Source: Rhynchobatus australiae
Lineage: Eukaryota
DNA: 64,000 nucleotides
Reading direction: 5' to 3'
Assembly (NCBI GenBank): GCA_034780895.1
Contig: JAUZTB010000068.1
Coordinates: 7,905,753-7,969,752 of the forward strand
Part shown: piece after piece, positions 41,740-54,502 of the stretch
How the letters are laid out: every line of letters starts with the position of its first letter
Numbering within the stretch: position 1 is the stretch's first letter
Program-made: the position numbers and the translations under genes
Notes under the pieces: model-generated
What the model was told of the DNA's origin: nothing
The model's database searches: none
What the model saw: the letters and a program-made list of their open reading frames with translations, nothing else

Positions 41740-42150
41740 TGGACTCTGTCTACACTTCTTGCTACCTTGGTAAAGCAGCCAACATAATCAAAGACCCCAC
41801 CCACCCAAACGTTCTCTCGTCTCCTCCTCCCTCCCATTTGGCATAAGATACAAAAGCCTGTAAGCACATACCACCAGGCTCAAGGACAGCTTCTATGCTG
41901 CTAAGACTATTGAATGGTTCCCTAGTACAATAAGATGGACTCTTGACCTCATAATCTACCTCATTATGACCTTGCACCTTATTATCTGCCTGCACTTTCT
42001 CTGTAACCGTAACACCTATTCTGCATTCTCTTATAGTTTTACCTCATGTTACCTCAATGCACTGTTGTAATGAATTGATCTGTACAGATGGTTTACAAAA
42101 GAAGTTTTTCCACTGTACCTCAATACATGTGACAATAATAAACCAATTTA
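41740..42150 (+). mobile_element. Rex1/Babar LINE 3' end nested in the CR1
   Basis: LGKAANIIKDPTHP...RYKSL...TTRLKDSFY followed by the family tail. Confidence 0.85.
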
Positions 42151-42992
42151 GGATGTAATATCATGAAACCTGGAAAATAATAAATCTGATTGAACAGAAT
42201 CAACATGGATTTGTGAACAGGAAATTACGTTTGGCTATTCTACTGCAGTTCTTTGAGGACGTAACAAGTAGATAAGGAAGAATAACAGGCAATGTATAGA
42301 TATTTGCCCACAGGAAATTGGTGAACAAGATTACAGCACGTGCCGTCAGGGGGAATACACAAATTTTCTCCCTTTTTCGCCCCCCCCCCCCCCCCAGAGA
42401 AAGATGATAAAAAGAGTAGGAATAAATGAATCCATCTCTAATTGGCAGGCAACAGTGTACCATGTGCATCAATCATTGGGCCCCAGCTATCCACGATCTA
42501 TAGCTACGATTTGACTAAGGAGACCAAATATAATACTTCCAAATTTGCTGATGACATGCAACTAAATGGGAATGAGAGCAGCAGTGAGGATGCAAAGAGG
42601 TTTCAAGGGCAATAGATAAACCAAGTGTGTGGACAATAACATGATGGACAGAATATAATCTGCATAAATGTGAAGTTACTTCAGTCGGAAGTAAAACAGA
42701 TGCTGAGTATCTTTTAAATATAGTGATTTTGGGAAACGTTGATATATAATGGGTCTTCCCTATATGTAAGTCAAAGGGATCTCCCTGTCCACAAGTTACT
42801 GAAAGTTGACATGCAGGTATATTGAGCAACTTGGAAGGCAAATGCTTTGTTGTCTCCTGTTACAAGAGGACTTGAATACAAGACTAAAGATGNNNNNNNN
42901 NNNNNNNNNNNNNNNNNNNNNNNNNNNNNNNNNNNNNNNNNNNNNNNNNNNNNNNNNNNNNNNNNNNNNNNNNNNNNNNNNNNNNNNNNNNN

Positions 42993-43044
42993 CTTTATTT
43001 AAGCGTTTCTCAACCTTCTTCTCCTGCTTTAGCCGTTCCCTTTC
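42993..43044 (-). CDS. BAZ2B: BAZ2B-like next exon, 5' part, truncated by assembly gap: ERERLKQEKKVEKRLNK(E)
   Basis: Acceptor ctcaaag. Matches the following BAZ2B peptide EKERLKQEKRDEKRLNKE. Runs into the 100-N gap at 42893-42992. Confidence 0.82.
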
Positions 43045-43434
43045 CTTTGAGTATTAACAGATTGCAACTTACTTTTTTTTAATATTATTATGTATCAGGC
43101 CATAGAAATGCATTCAGGTACAATGATCCTTCATTAAAAGTTACTTAAACTACAGAATAATCCCATTTTCAAAGGAACTGATTAATGTATCACACTGTTC
43201 ACTAAAATAATTGCACTCCATTGAAATTACATGTAGAAGTTCAAAGCCATTGATACAACTGTTAATATCGATACATCTGTGATAAGGTGAGCTTAAAGAC
43301 CAAGTAAGCAAGCTATATTATCATAGAGATTCTTTGAGTCTCACAGTTAAAATTTATTAAAGTAAGTAAACAATTTTAGTTAAATACATTACACAACATA
43401 TAAACCATGCGCAAGCAATGTGTTTAAACTGGCA

Positions 43435-43630
43435 TCCTCACACTTTATTTGTCTACCTACACTGCACTTTCTCTGTAACTGCAACACCATATTCTGCATT
43501 CTGTTCTGTTTTTCTTTTTACTACCTTGACGTAATTATGTATGGCATGATCTGTCATCTGCTACACAAAACAAAAGCTTTTCACTTTATCTATCTCAGTA
43601 AATGTGACAATAATAAACTAATCCAATCCA
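43435..43630 (+). mobile_element. Rex1/Babar LINE 3' tail within the BAZ2B-like intron
   Basis: gcactttctctgtaactg...ctgcattctg...atgtgacaataataaac. Confidence 0.75.
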
Positions 43631-43834
43631 ACGGTCATCCTGAGCCAAAGGTCTTGATTCTGTGCTGTGTTGTTCAATTCTAAGATAAACTAACAAAATA
43701 TGGCAAGTTATTTTAACGTACATAAACTGGACAGCATTTATTACATTAGATTCCTGAGGAAATGCACTTTAAACAGTCACATGCTTTCCTGTTCATTCTA
43801 GAAATAATATTTGTCAATGCACTGTCTTACTTAC

Positions 43835-43900
43835 TTCAGCTTTCTTCCGGGCTTCCATTGCTTTCATGAGCATCATATGTTGCCTTCTCCTCTCCTTTTC
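43835..43900 (-). CDS. BAZ2B: BAZ2B-like coding exon EKERRRQHMMLMKAMEARKKAE, out of context inside KDM1A intron 11
   Basis: 66 nt, ttgttag / gtaagt, phase 0-0. Nearly identical to the BAZ2B coiled-coil peptide ERERRRQHMMLMKAMEARKKAE recalled from human. Confidence 0.88.
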
Positions 43901-46874
43901 CTAACAACGTACAAGATAAATTTCAGGTTTAAATAGTTAGGTATTGATATTATTGTGTAGTTTAAAGTTTAAAAATGTATTTTTACTATTTTTTTTAGAA
44001 TAAGTTAGACAATCGTGAACAGTTTAAAATAAAAACAGACAATGGCCAAGTTTGTGTACATTTTAGTTGAGGATTAGGAAATAACATGGACAATCAAAAG
44101 CAAAACAGAAAAAGCAACAGATGTAAAGACAGTGTAAAACGAAAGCGTATGCTTTAAGTTATGTACATAGTTCTTGGAAAAGCAGAGCAAATCAGTGCGA
44201 TGCTTCTCCATAGCTGTCAGGTATAAAGCGCAATGGTCGGCTTCAACAGGCTAATTACCTTACATCTGCTTCAGTCAAAAATCATTTAGCAAAAGGCCAA
44301 TTAGTATAAATTATCTGTTGTAATTAGCCAATTTTGTAAAATGTTATTACCTACATATCTAGGTTTTAATGCAAGATTGAAATCAGTCTTTCAGAACATC
44401 AACTACAGAAAAAAAAATTAACCTATCCCACATCAATTCTTTATTGAAGAATTCACTACTTTATCATGGTATGCTCATTTTCCAGCAAACAAAATTATGC
44501 TATTGACTAATATTACAAATTCAAAATTTAGAAGAGAAGGAACTTGAGGGCTAGGAGGGTGGTATAAGGAAGCAGGATAACTTAAGTTATATTTAATTAT
44601 TCTTATTTGGATCTATATGCATAGGATATTGGGAAACCCTTATTTATGACCATCATATTAATGTCATTATTACCCCCAACCTTTCCATGCTGTAAATTGC
44701 TTCATGCCCATGACAGATATCAGCTTTGTGAAGTTACCATATATATTGTTATGCATCAAATTTCCATCTCCAAACTCCTTAACTGCAGAAAAACTACTGA
44801 ATTACAATCAACCTTACTTGTTTAATAGCAATGCTTTTCTATGAAAAATTTTATAATGGCATCATGTGAAGATATCTAAATAAGACACATAAATTAACTT
44901 GCCCTGATCCACTTATCCCTCTCCCTCTAACTGCATTTCACTTTAGTATCCTTGGTCCAGACACTCCATATAAAATGCCACAGGAGATCAAGTAACAAAA
45001 CTAAAATTAAATTCACATCTGTGAACAAAGGTATCTGTGAACAAAGGAGCTATTTATCTGCAATCATCTTCAATTTGAAATATTAAATATGTATGGCATT
45101 CATACAGAAAATGAAGTTTCATATATTTTATTTATTATTTTGCTTTGTTAGATAGTAGAAGCCAGGAAGATATTTTGGGAATAAACATACAGATATATTA
45201 TCATGAAATTCCACTCTTAGTGATACTATAATTGGAAAGAGTAGATTATAGGCATATTTTGTTATTCAAAACAGAACATGCTGAGAAGTCTGTCTTCACC
45301 TGTTTACTGAAAGATGGGCGACTTAAATGAATTGTGGTTAAGGTTGAAGAAATTTTCTCAAATTTGGTTTGCTGGAATGGCATTGTTCTGGGATGTAAAG
45401 AATAAACTTTAATAGAATGTGGGACAAGGGAATGAGTTGTGGTAAAAAAGATTGAACATTTATAGGCAGTCTAACCATTTCTGAAGAACTGTAACTAGTT
45501 TCAGAACTTGTATATTTATCCTTTTGTTGTCTCCTGTTACAAGAGGACTTGAATACAAGACTAAAGATGTCTTATAGTTACATATGGCCTTGGTGACACT
45601 GCACCTGGATATTGTGTACAGTTTTGGATTCCTTATCTCTAAAAGGATAAACTTGCTATAGAATGCAGAGAAAGTTCATCTGACTGGTTCCTGGGATGGT
45701 GGGTTTGTCACATGAGGAGAGATCAAGTAGGCTTGGTCTCTGTTCTCTGTATTGCGGAGATACAAGAGGTAATCTCATTAAGATGTAAAGAATTCTTAGA
45801 GAGTTCCCTAGAAAAGCTGGATGGATGTTCTAAATAGATAAGAGGTTGGCCCTTTAGGACGGAAATGTGGAGAAATTTCTTACTTAGGTGGTGGTGAATC
45901 ATTGGGGTTCTCTCCCTCAGAGGGATTTGGGGAATGGGTACTTGATTGCATTCAAAACAAAGATCAATGAATTTTTCAAAATTATAGTGTCAAGGTATAT
46001 AGGGAAATGTCAGGAAATGGTGGAATAGAAGATCAAACATCACCTTGTTTAATGCTGAAGCAAGCTCAAGGAATCAAATGGCCTACTCCTGCTCCTTTTC
46101 CTACTTTTTACATCCTTTGAAACAGAGGTAAGGATTTTAAACTAAAGGATTATAAGAAAGGAACTTCTGGGGGGGAGAAAATCAGTGCAATGAGTGAATA
46201 AGACTTGGTGTTACCATATGAGGTACAAAGAATAAAAGCCAAGGAGGGCAGAACATGGATGTTTGCCAGCAGGGAAACTGAAATTATCACCTGGATATAA
46301 TAAATGCCTGAATGAGGGTTTCAATAGCATGCACACTGAAGCAGAGATATCTGTTGAAACAGATATTGGTCCTATAAATTAGCATTCAAATTGAATTTCT
46401 TTACAAATAACTCAAAAAATTGCCTCCTATTTCTAAGGTGAGAAGAAGTTACCTTCCAAAATTATGCAGAATTGTTTTAAGCTTAATTCCATACTACTCA
46501 ATTTATTATCAGCAATTAACTATTTTTACATTAATTTAAAAAAACAATTATTTCTGATTTCAGGGTTCTCTGCAAATTCAAATATACCAATGGCGGGACA
46601 CACTTAAGAGGAAAAGCATATCAAAATTTAACACAATATACTGTCAGTCATCAGCATTTTCAGAAGCCATGAGGACCTTTTCTGAAACCAGCACATTCAG
46701 ACAAAATACTAAACCGTGAAATAACATTCAACCCCGATTCACATGCCCACCAAACTTCCTCAACAGAAAGGGTAATACAGAAAGGGGAAAACAAAACTAA
46801 GATAACGGTTAAAGGGAAATAAAAATAAACATTGCCAAACAAATCCCAGAGTATGACACATATAGTAGTGCTTA

Positions 46875-47111
<237 letters not shown>

Positions 47112-50100
47112 TTAAAATCTGTTATATTTATAGAAGCTGCTTTGTAATTCCTGTTAACGTTCTGCTCAATTTCTCCTTCCTAGATAATACCAGTTATGCA
47201 TTTCATGGTGTTCCAGCAACCAAATCATGTTAAATTGTTTCTAACATCATAATTATGCTTAAAAGAAGCTGTGCCCAGGAACAAGCAAACATGGAGAGCA
47301 ATGATGAAAGGAAAGCTGCAAATTCCACAAATCAAAAATAGCAATTTAAAGAAAAAGCTAGAATTACACAGAACTATTAACATCTGAAAACAGAAGACAG
47401 GTCAACATATCTGATGTAGACTCTTAATCTGAACAATCTCTATCCTGACAAAGGGACTGCAGTTGAAAGGTTAGCTTCTCATGCAGATGCTGAGGAACCA
47501 GTTATGAGTTCCCATTTCACTTTAATTTATATTTCACAATTATGTCTGAAAATAAAGTTCAGAGAAGATAAATAATGAGAGAGAAAACAGAGTTGCCAAA
47601 CTGTTAACTCACAATTGGTGGTGGGGAAAACACTGAAATCTATAATAAAGGATGTGATATTAAGACACTCAGAAAATAATAAGAAAATCAAAAAAACTAT
47701 AGATGCTAGACATTTAAAACAAAAACAGAAAATGCTTGAAATGCTGGACCTCAGCAGGTCAGGCCACTTCTGTGGGAAATTCTTAGAGGACACAAAAGGG
47801 TGGATGCCTGGAGGATGCTTCTGGTTGAGGTGTCTAGAACTATAAGTCACCGTAAAGGTAAGGGGTTGGACATTTAGGACTGAGAAGTGTTTTCACTCAG
47901 AGGCCGGTGAATCTTTAGAATTCAATCCCAGAGAGTGAGAAAGCAGAGTCATTGATTGCATTCAAAACTGATTTGATAGATTTCTTAATATTAAAAGGAG
48001 TCAGGGATAAAAGGGATAGTGCAGGCAGAGGTAGAAGATCAGCCATGATCTTGCTGCAAAACATAGCACACTTAAAAGATCAAATGCCCAGTCCTCCTGC
48101 TTTTTCTTATACAAAATTATTTTCAAAGTCAATTAATTTTAATAAGGATATTATTGAAATATTAGCTAACAAAACCAGCTGTTGGCAATTGCTCCAATCT
48201 TTTGTTAAAGGTCTTAAATTGCTATGAATAAAATTCTATGCAAAGGCTTATCGCCATCTGCATTAAAAAAAACAAAAAGCCTTCACCATCACTGAAACTT
48301 GCAACATATTTGTTAACATTTATCGCAGTGTTAGAATACTTGCTGTATTGTTACAGCGTGATTCAGTTCTTAAAATTAACAGGCCAATAAAATACATGAC
48401 TAAACATTTACATTAATTTAAAACAAAGAACATTACAGCTGCCATACTAATCACCATCAGCAGCGCCACCATAGGGTAAATGATGGCTTTGCAGCCCAAT
48501 ACAAAATTTAGTGAACACAAATAAGGGATCTGTAAATGACAAAGACTGATCTTTTAGATGTGTTAATGCTTTTAAAATGTTTGGCATACAGCCCTGCTGC
48601 ATTCAAACACATAAGAACTTTGCATTTTAATATCAACTCTTCTGGATGCATGAAGAAATGCACAGTGGAATAAATACTACTTGACAAACAGATAAGAACA
48701 AGCATATCTTCTTACTGCACAAGTACAGATCTGACTGGAGGAACAGGTTCAGATCAGCGACAAGCAAAATATCAGCACTCTACTGCAGTTTGGCAGGTAA
48801 TAGATTAGAGTTTGAAAGTGAAGGGTTTAGCTCTTGCTTCAGAGATTTGAACATGTCATTCAGGCTGACATGCTATTGTAATATTGCTGCTTTTTAACCA
48901 AAACATTAAACCAAAGCCCAGTTTTCTCTCAGGCAGACGAAAGCTCCCACAATCTTTTGTTTATATCATGACTAATTGTGGTACACTCCCGTGTGAAAAC
49001 AGTGGCAACTGTTCATATGTATTTAATTAATTAAGCAGCATGCATAATAAGTGAAATTTGAAGTGCAGAAAGCAAATACACATTTTAATAGAAAACTTTT
49101 CATATTTTAAATTAATATCTCAATATCTTGAGTGAGATCCAAGCAGCTTTCAGATTTCCTTTAAAATTCATGACACTNNNNNNNNNNNNNNNNNNNNNNN
49201 NNNNNNNNNNNNNNNNNNNNNNNNNNNNNNNNNNNNNNNNNNNNNNNNNNNNNNNNNNNNNNNNNNNNNNNNNNNNNNNNNNNNNNNNNNNNNNNNNNNN
49301 NNNNNNNNNNNNNNNNNNNNNNNNNNNNNNNNNNNNNNNNNNNNNNNNNNNNNNNNNNNNNNNNNNNNNNNNNNNNNNNNNNNNNNNNNNNNNNNNNNNN
49401 NNNNNNNNNNNNNNNNNNNNNNNNNNNNNNNNNNNNNNNNNNNNNNNNNNNNNNNNNNNNNNNNNNNNNNNNNNNNNNNNNNNNNNNNNNNNNNNNNNNN
49501 NNNNNNNNNNNNNNNNNNNNNNNNNNNNNNNNNNNNNNNNNNNNNNNNNNNNNNNNNNNNNNNCTAAAAAGCACTGAAGGCAAGTATGTTGCATTGTTTA
49601 ATAAAGTATGCTTGCACTAGCTTCAACAGAGGCAATTGCTTGTCAATTTCCAATGGCCTCCCACAGTGAAACTGGCAGCTTGTGTTCTTCAGAGGCAATT
49701 GCATCAGATTACTGTGGGGAGGTTGCATGGAAACAGTTTCCCCACAACCCCCAGCAAGACTTTTTTTTCTGCTTGTCAATTTTTAAAGTGACGCTTTCTC
49801 TAGTTTCCAATCGAAATCGCATTATGACCAATTCAGCCTGTGTAATACAAACAGGGGTCCCTAAATAATCAATCGTGATACATCCAATTCACGTTATAGC
49901 AGAACTACCTGTACTTACACATTTCAAGTCAACAAATTTTCTTCGCGTTCACATTCTGCTCCATGTAACACTACGCAAAGCAAAATACAAGCATACCCTC
50001 TTTTGTAGGTGTTTATGTGAAGGATGTATAAGATGTTATATTTGCAGAGATGCTACATTCTAATTTGGAGCATGAGGCATCTCAAACTTAGAGAAAATGA

Positions 50101-50247
50101 AATACAAGACAAGAACACGGCCACTCACTGTTTAACAAAATCCTGTTAGCTTTCTTTCAAAAGGAATCCAATGGTCTAATGTCAAAGTACAAATAACTTC
50201 TTCTTATTCATACTTTTTAAATAAAATTCAAAGGAAGTCACAGTCAC

Positions 50248-50338
50248 CTTATTAAGTAATTCTTTCAGATCCTCCTGTGTCTTCACAATTTTCTTCCAGT
50301 GTTCAATCTGCTCATCCTTCACATGTTTCTCCTGCAGC
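50248..50338 (-). CDS. KDM1A: KDM1A exon 10 (Tower domain): [31 protein letters not shown]
   Basis: 91 nt, tgttag / gtgact. Visible in ORF 50182..50415. Confidence 0.98.
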
Positions 50339-51204
50339 CTAACAAGATATCCAATTGTTGTTATAACATGATCAATATTTTGGAGTTTACTGTCAGTTAT
50401 GACTTTATTATGCAAGTATTAACAGTGTAAACATCACAATAATGTTTCTAAAATACATAGTTTTAAACACTGGGGTGGGGTGGAGGTCTTTTGAAGTCAT
50501 GAAAGGAACTTTATGTTCATCAGTCTCAAAATTGCTAAAGCACCTCACCATTGTGCTCTTAGCCAACTTGCATCCACAAGGCTGAACTTACTCAGCAAAA
50601 ATAATGTGGCCCAGCATGGAGCAATGTCTTCTCATAATCTGGCCACGTGGGCAGGACATAACACACCTCAACCACAAAATAGCTGAAAAAATACTGATTC
50701 ACAGCAAAGCCACAGCCCCAGCTTTGCTGCCTGTCAATGAAGTGAAGATTTTTTCAATCACTTTTAATGCCCCCAACATAAAGAATTATTCAAAGGTTAT
50801 TAAAGACCAAATAATTTAAAGAATTAATAATGTAAACTCAAAACCATTTAAACAATTAAAACAAAGACCATAATGAGGGAAATAACTTGTCACATTCCTA
50901 CCTTTGTCCCTTGTATCTGTAAGTTTTAGTCAATTAAATGGACTCACAAATCCTGCTGCACATTAGAACTGGGTGCAAATTCCTTCACTGATTGCTGACA
51001 AATGCAGCAAGTTCACACTATGTCGTTGGACTCCAAGGATATTTACTTTTGCGGCTGCCTACTTGGCATTATGCAATCTAGAGTTTGGCTACCGAACCAG
51101 GGACAGAGTGCCTTGCCATAGTCAGACTGAATTTTAATTTTATACCCAAGTAGATCTCTAATATAATGATGCTTGGATGAATGTGAAATACAATAAGTAC
51201 TCAC

Positions 51205-51347
51205 TGTATGACAACCTCCAATGCCTGTCCTAATGATACAGGTTTGTTGTTCAGGTAGTTGAAGTCTAATTGATGACTGAGGTAAGATGTGGCCTCCAGC
51301 AAACGATTGAATTCTTGCTCTACCATCTCATCTTTTTCTTTGGGAAC
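51205..51347 (-). CDS. KDM1A: KDM1A exon 9: [47 protein letters not shown]
   Basis: 143 nt, gctcag / gtgagt. Confidence 0.98.
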
Positions 51348-51799
51348 CTGAGCATCATAAATAAGACACCATTGTCACCCAAAAGAAATAAGACAGGATC
51401 ATTTATTTATACAATAATTAATAATACCAAGCTTTCCAATTAATTAGTGTTTAGCAGTAGTTTGCGCTTATGGGGTTGCACACCCAAAAATAGGTCACAA
51501 ATCTCTGAAGATTTTTTTTTACAGTTTTCCAAATGTGGAAAGAACTGCCTATTTTTGAGGCTCCTATTGGCTGAAGTAAATACATTCAATGCACATGACA
51601 AAATACCAAAATAAAGTAAAATATCAGTCGTCGTGACATCAACACACAAAAACTATAATGTGTGATACAGTTCACATGTAGGAAGAGTGAATTTGGAAAC
51701 TCAACCACTAAGGAAAACTGAGGTTCCTCAAACCCTTAGGGCTCCATGGTAAAGTCACTGAATAATCATGTCAACCTGTCATTTTCTGGGCTAGAATTA

Positions 51800-52095
51800 A
51801 AACATAATGGAAATACTCAGCTCATCAAGAGGCATCTGTGGGGAGAGGAAGGCAATTAATGCTTGAGGTCAACGACCTGTATCACAACTTGGAAAAGTTA
51901 CCAGTAAAACATGTTTAAGAGGTGCAATAGTTGAATCTTCAAACCAAATTTACTACCAACTTTTTGCCATTCTGATGAAAGGTCATCAACTTGAAACTTT
52001 AATTCTGCTTCTCCTCCAGAGATGGTGCTTAACCTGCTGAACATTCCATCATATTTTACTTCAGATTTCCAGGATCTGCAGTATTTTGCATCTGG
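51800..52095. mobile_element. Palindromic Penelope-derived repeat with hammerhead-like core (51972-52003)
   Basis: CTGATGAaaggtcatcaacttGAAActttaat, then tctccagagatggtgcttaacctgctga. Confidence 0.65.
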
Positions 52096-53084
52096 GAAGA
52101 TAAATCTTATCCACACTTCAGTCTGGCTTAACTTTGATATTATTTTAAATGCTAGTGATTAGTTCCCATTTTTGTGCAAGAATGTGGGGAGATTTTGCAA
52201 CTGCAAGTGGTGTGCCAGATAAGCATAAAGTAATCCAAATAACAAAATAAAGCTGATCAGAGGTCCTTTTAACCAAATGCAGCTTATCCACTTGGTAATA
52301 AACAATCCCTATCCTGGAAAACATCCTGTGCTTTTGTCTCCAAACCTTAACAAATGCAATGTTTGTCAGAAGATGTATGTTGGACACTAAATTGGCAATA
52401 AAAATGTAAAACCACGTCACACAAGGAGGACAACAACAGTGGTCACCACGAGCCACGACAAACCAGAGGACCTCAACTCAAGGTTAACGTTCTTTTGAAC
52501 ACTCAGAGAGGAAGATAAAGAATTTTAACATTACTAATTAATTTAGGTAAAGAAATTCTGGATTAGTTAAACATCTAATGCATCCTTTTGAAATGAAATC
52601 CAGAATTGGGATGAGAGGTCATGAACAGTCTATTAACTTTTATCGTCAATATTGTCTGAAATGTCCCAATGAAGGGAATTCTGACCAATAAACTGCAGTT
52701 ATAATAATAAACATTCTACTAAAACCCAATGCAATTTTACCCTATTGTAACTGTTCTCTTATAAATTCTCCTGTCCCCATATTTTCAGCTGCAAATTACA
52801 AAGCTGAGTTTACAACCTTCTAATTGTCTAGATGAACACATCTCCAGAAACACTTAAACTTGTCACCATCAAGGAAAATGCAGCCATGCTACAGTCCTTG
52901 TGGTAAAGGTATTCTGACACTGCTATGAGTTAGTGAGTCCCAGTGTGTTGCTCCAGCAATGATAAAGAAATGCTATTATATCTCCAAGCCAAGATGGTAT
53001 GCAAATTAGTGAGGATATCATGGTGTCCATAAATGTATCTACCTCCTTTGGTCAAGGAGGCAGGGACTGCAGACAGAGTAATAC

Positions 53085-53635
53085 AGCATGAAAACCACAA
53101 TCCCTTCAGCAAAGCTTGTCCATGCCACCCACCAAGCCAGTCCCATTCGCCCATGTTTGGCCCATATCCCTCTAAACCCGTCCTATCCTTGTACTTATCC
53201 AAATGTCTCTTAAATGCTGTTATTGTACCTGCCTCAACCATTTCTTCTGGCAGCTCGTTCCGTACATGCACCACCCTCTGCCTGAAGAAGTTGCCCCTGC
53301 AGTCCCTTTTAAATCTTTCCCCTATCACCTTAAATCTATGCCTTCTAGGTTTTAAGCTTCCCTTCCCTGGGAATAAAGATTGCGTGTATTCACCTTATAT
53401 CTACCCCTCACAATTTTATACACCTCTATAAGGTCACCCCTCAATTTCCTATGTTCTAAGGAATTAAGTCCTAGCCTGCCCAACCTCTCCCTACAACTCT
53501 GGCCCTCAGGTCCTGACAGCATCCTCATAAATCTTCTCTGCACTCTTTCCAGGTTAATGATGCCTTTCCAATAACCAAAACTGTACACAGTACTCCAAGT
53601 GCAGTCTCACCAATGCCTGGTACAACAGCAACATG
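53085..53635 (-). mobile_element. CR1 LINE 3' end in KDM1A intron 8
   Basis: LERVQRRFMRMLSG...LRGDLIEVYKIVRG and RGNFFRQRVVHVRNELPEEMVEAGTITAFKRHLDKY. Confidence 0.92.
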
Positions 53636-54484
53636 TGTGTCGGTAAGCGATAGAATCTTGAGGGAGTTGATGGGAATATGGGAAGAATAAAATGAGATGA
53701 CTATAAATGGGTGTTTGATGGTTGCATAGACTTGGTGAACTAAGAGTTATTTCCATGTTGCATCACTCTCTGACTCTAGGTACCAGGCAATGACCTTCAA
53801 CAAGGGGGAGAGAGTGTAGCCACCTCCCCTTACATTCAATGTTATTACCATCTCCAAGTACAGCCTCACCAACATCTTGTACAACTACAACATAACAACC
53901 TTTGGAGGTCCTGTCAAAGGAGCTATGGCAACTTGCTGGTGTGCATTTTGTAACCGATGTACATTGCAGCTGCAATGCACCCACAATGAGTGCAACTAAA
54001 TGTTCGGTGTGGTGGGTAGAAGCCAATGGAGCTACTTTATCCTTGACAGTGATGAGTTTCTTGAGTGTTTCTGGAGATGCACTCATCCTGAATGAAGCAA
54101 CTGATTCTTTTTCTGGGTCTCAAAATACCATAAATTTTCCTATTTAAAGAGATTTTAAAGTAACAAAAATAAGGACAGAAAACTGAACTTTAAAAAAAGA
54201 ATGGGGAATGAATGATCTCCACCTTAATAGTCAAGTTATATCCGGTTTTAGTTCAATCCTGGTTTGCTCTTTGTGTACAACATCAGAAATTCCCCAGTAT
54301 TACCTACACAATTGCCAGTGATTAGATAAAATTGATGCAACTCAGATCACTGTTATAGTGTACACTTTGTAATCAGCTAAAATCCTAACATCCTCAAACA
54401 ACTGCAAATATCTTGCACTCCCAAATATCTGTTGCTGTGAGATTTCATAATATATGCCTAATTAGTAAAAGTAAAAATACGTAC

Positions 54485-54502
54485 GTTTGTGCATCTTTCT
54501 CC
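54485..54502 (-). CDS. KDM1A: Candidate alternative microexon 8a-like (GERCTN)
   Basis: Minus strand reads cactaataaatctttcccctttttttctatgtcattgctgatgtttggaatctgatcctaatgaag|GGAGAAAGATGCACAAAC|gtacgt. It is 18 nt, phase 0-0, and lies between NGQA and VPKE. Confidence 0.8.

Larger units (their letters stand above)
40170..46100 (+). mobile_element. Long degraded CR1 LINE (endonuclease region ~40350-40950, RT ~41450-42890, 3' end 45523-46100), interrupted by a Rex tail and by the BAZ2B-like segment
   Basis: FLGQFGEEPMRKLDILDLILCN, VTPVFKKG, SKFADD (42538-42555), ALVTLHLDIV. Confidence 0.8.

Noticed and set aside
44180-44225. Minus-strand MEKHRTDL, reminiscent of a small BAZ2B alternative exon (ELERHRLDM, from memory)
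   Set aside because: The nearest acceptor gives the wrong phase, there is no donor at the expected place, and the similarity is too short to call.
54040-54055. Minus-strand ACTGTCAAG resembling mammalian exon 8a (DTVK coding)
   Set aside because: No GT donor follows, no acceptor or pyrimidine tract precedes it, and it lies in repeat-like sequence.
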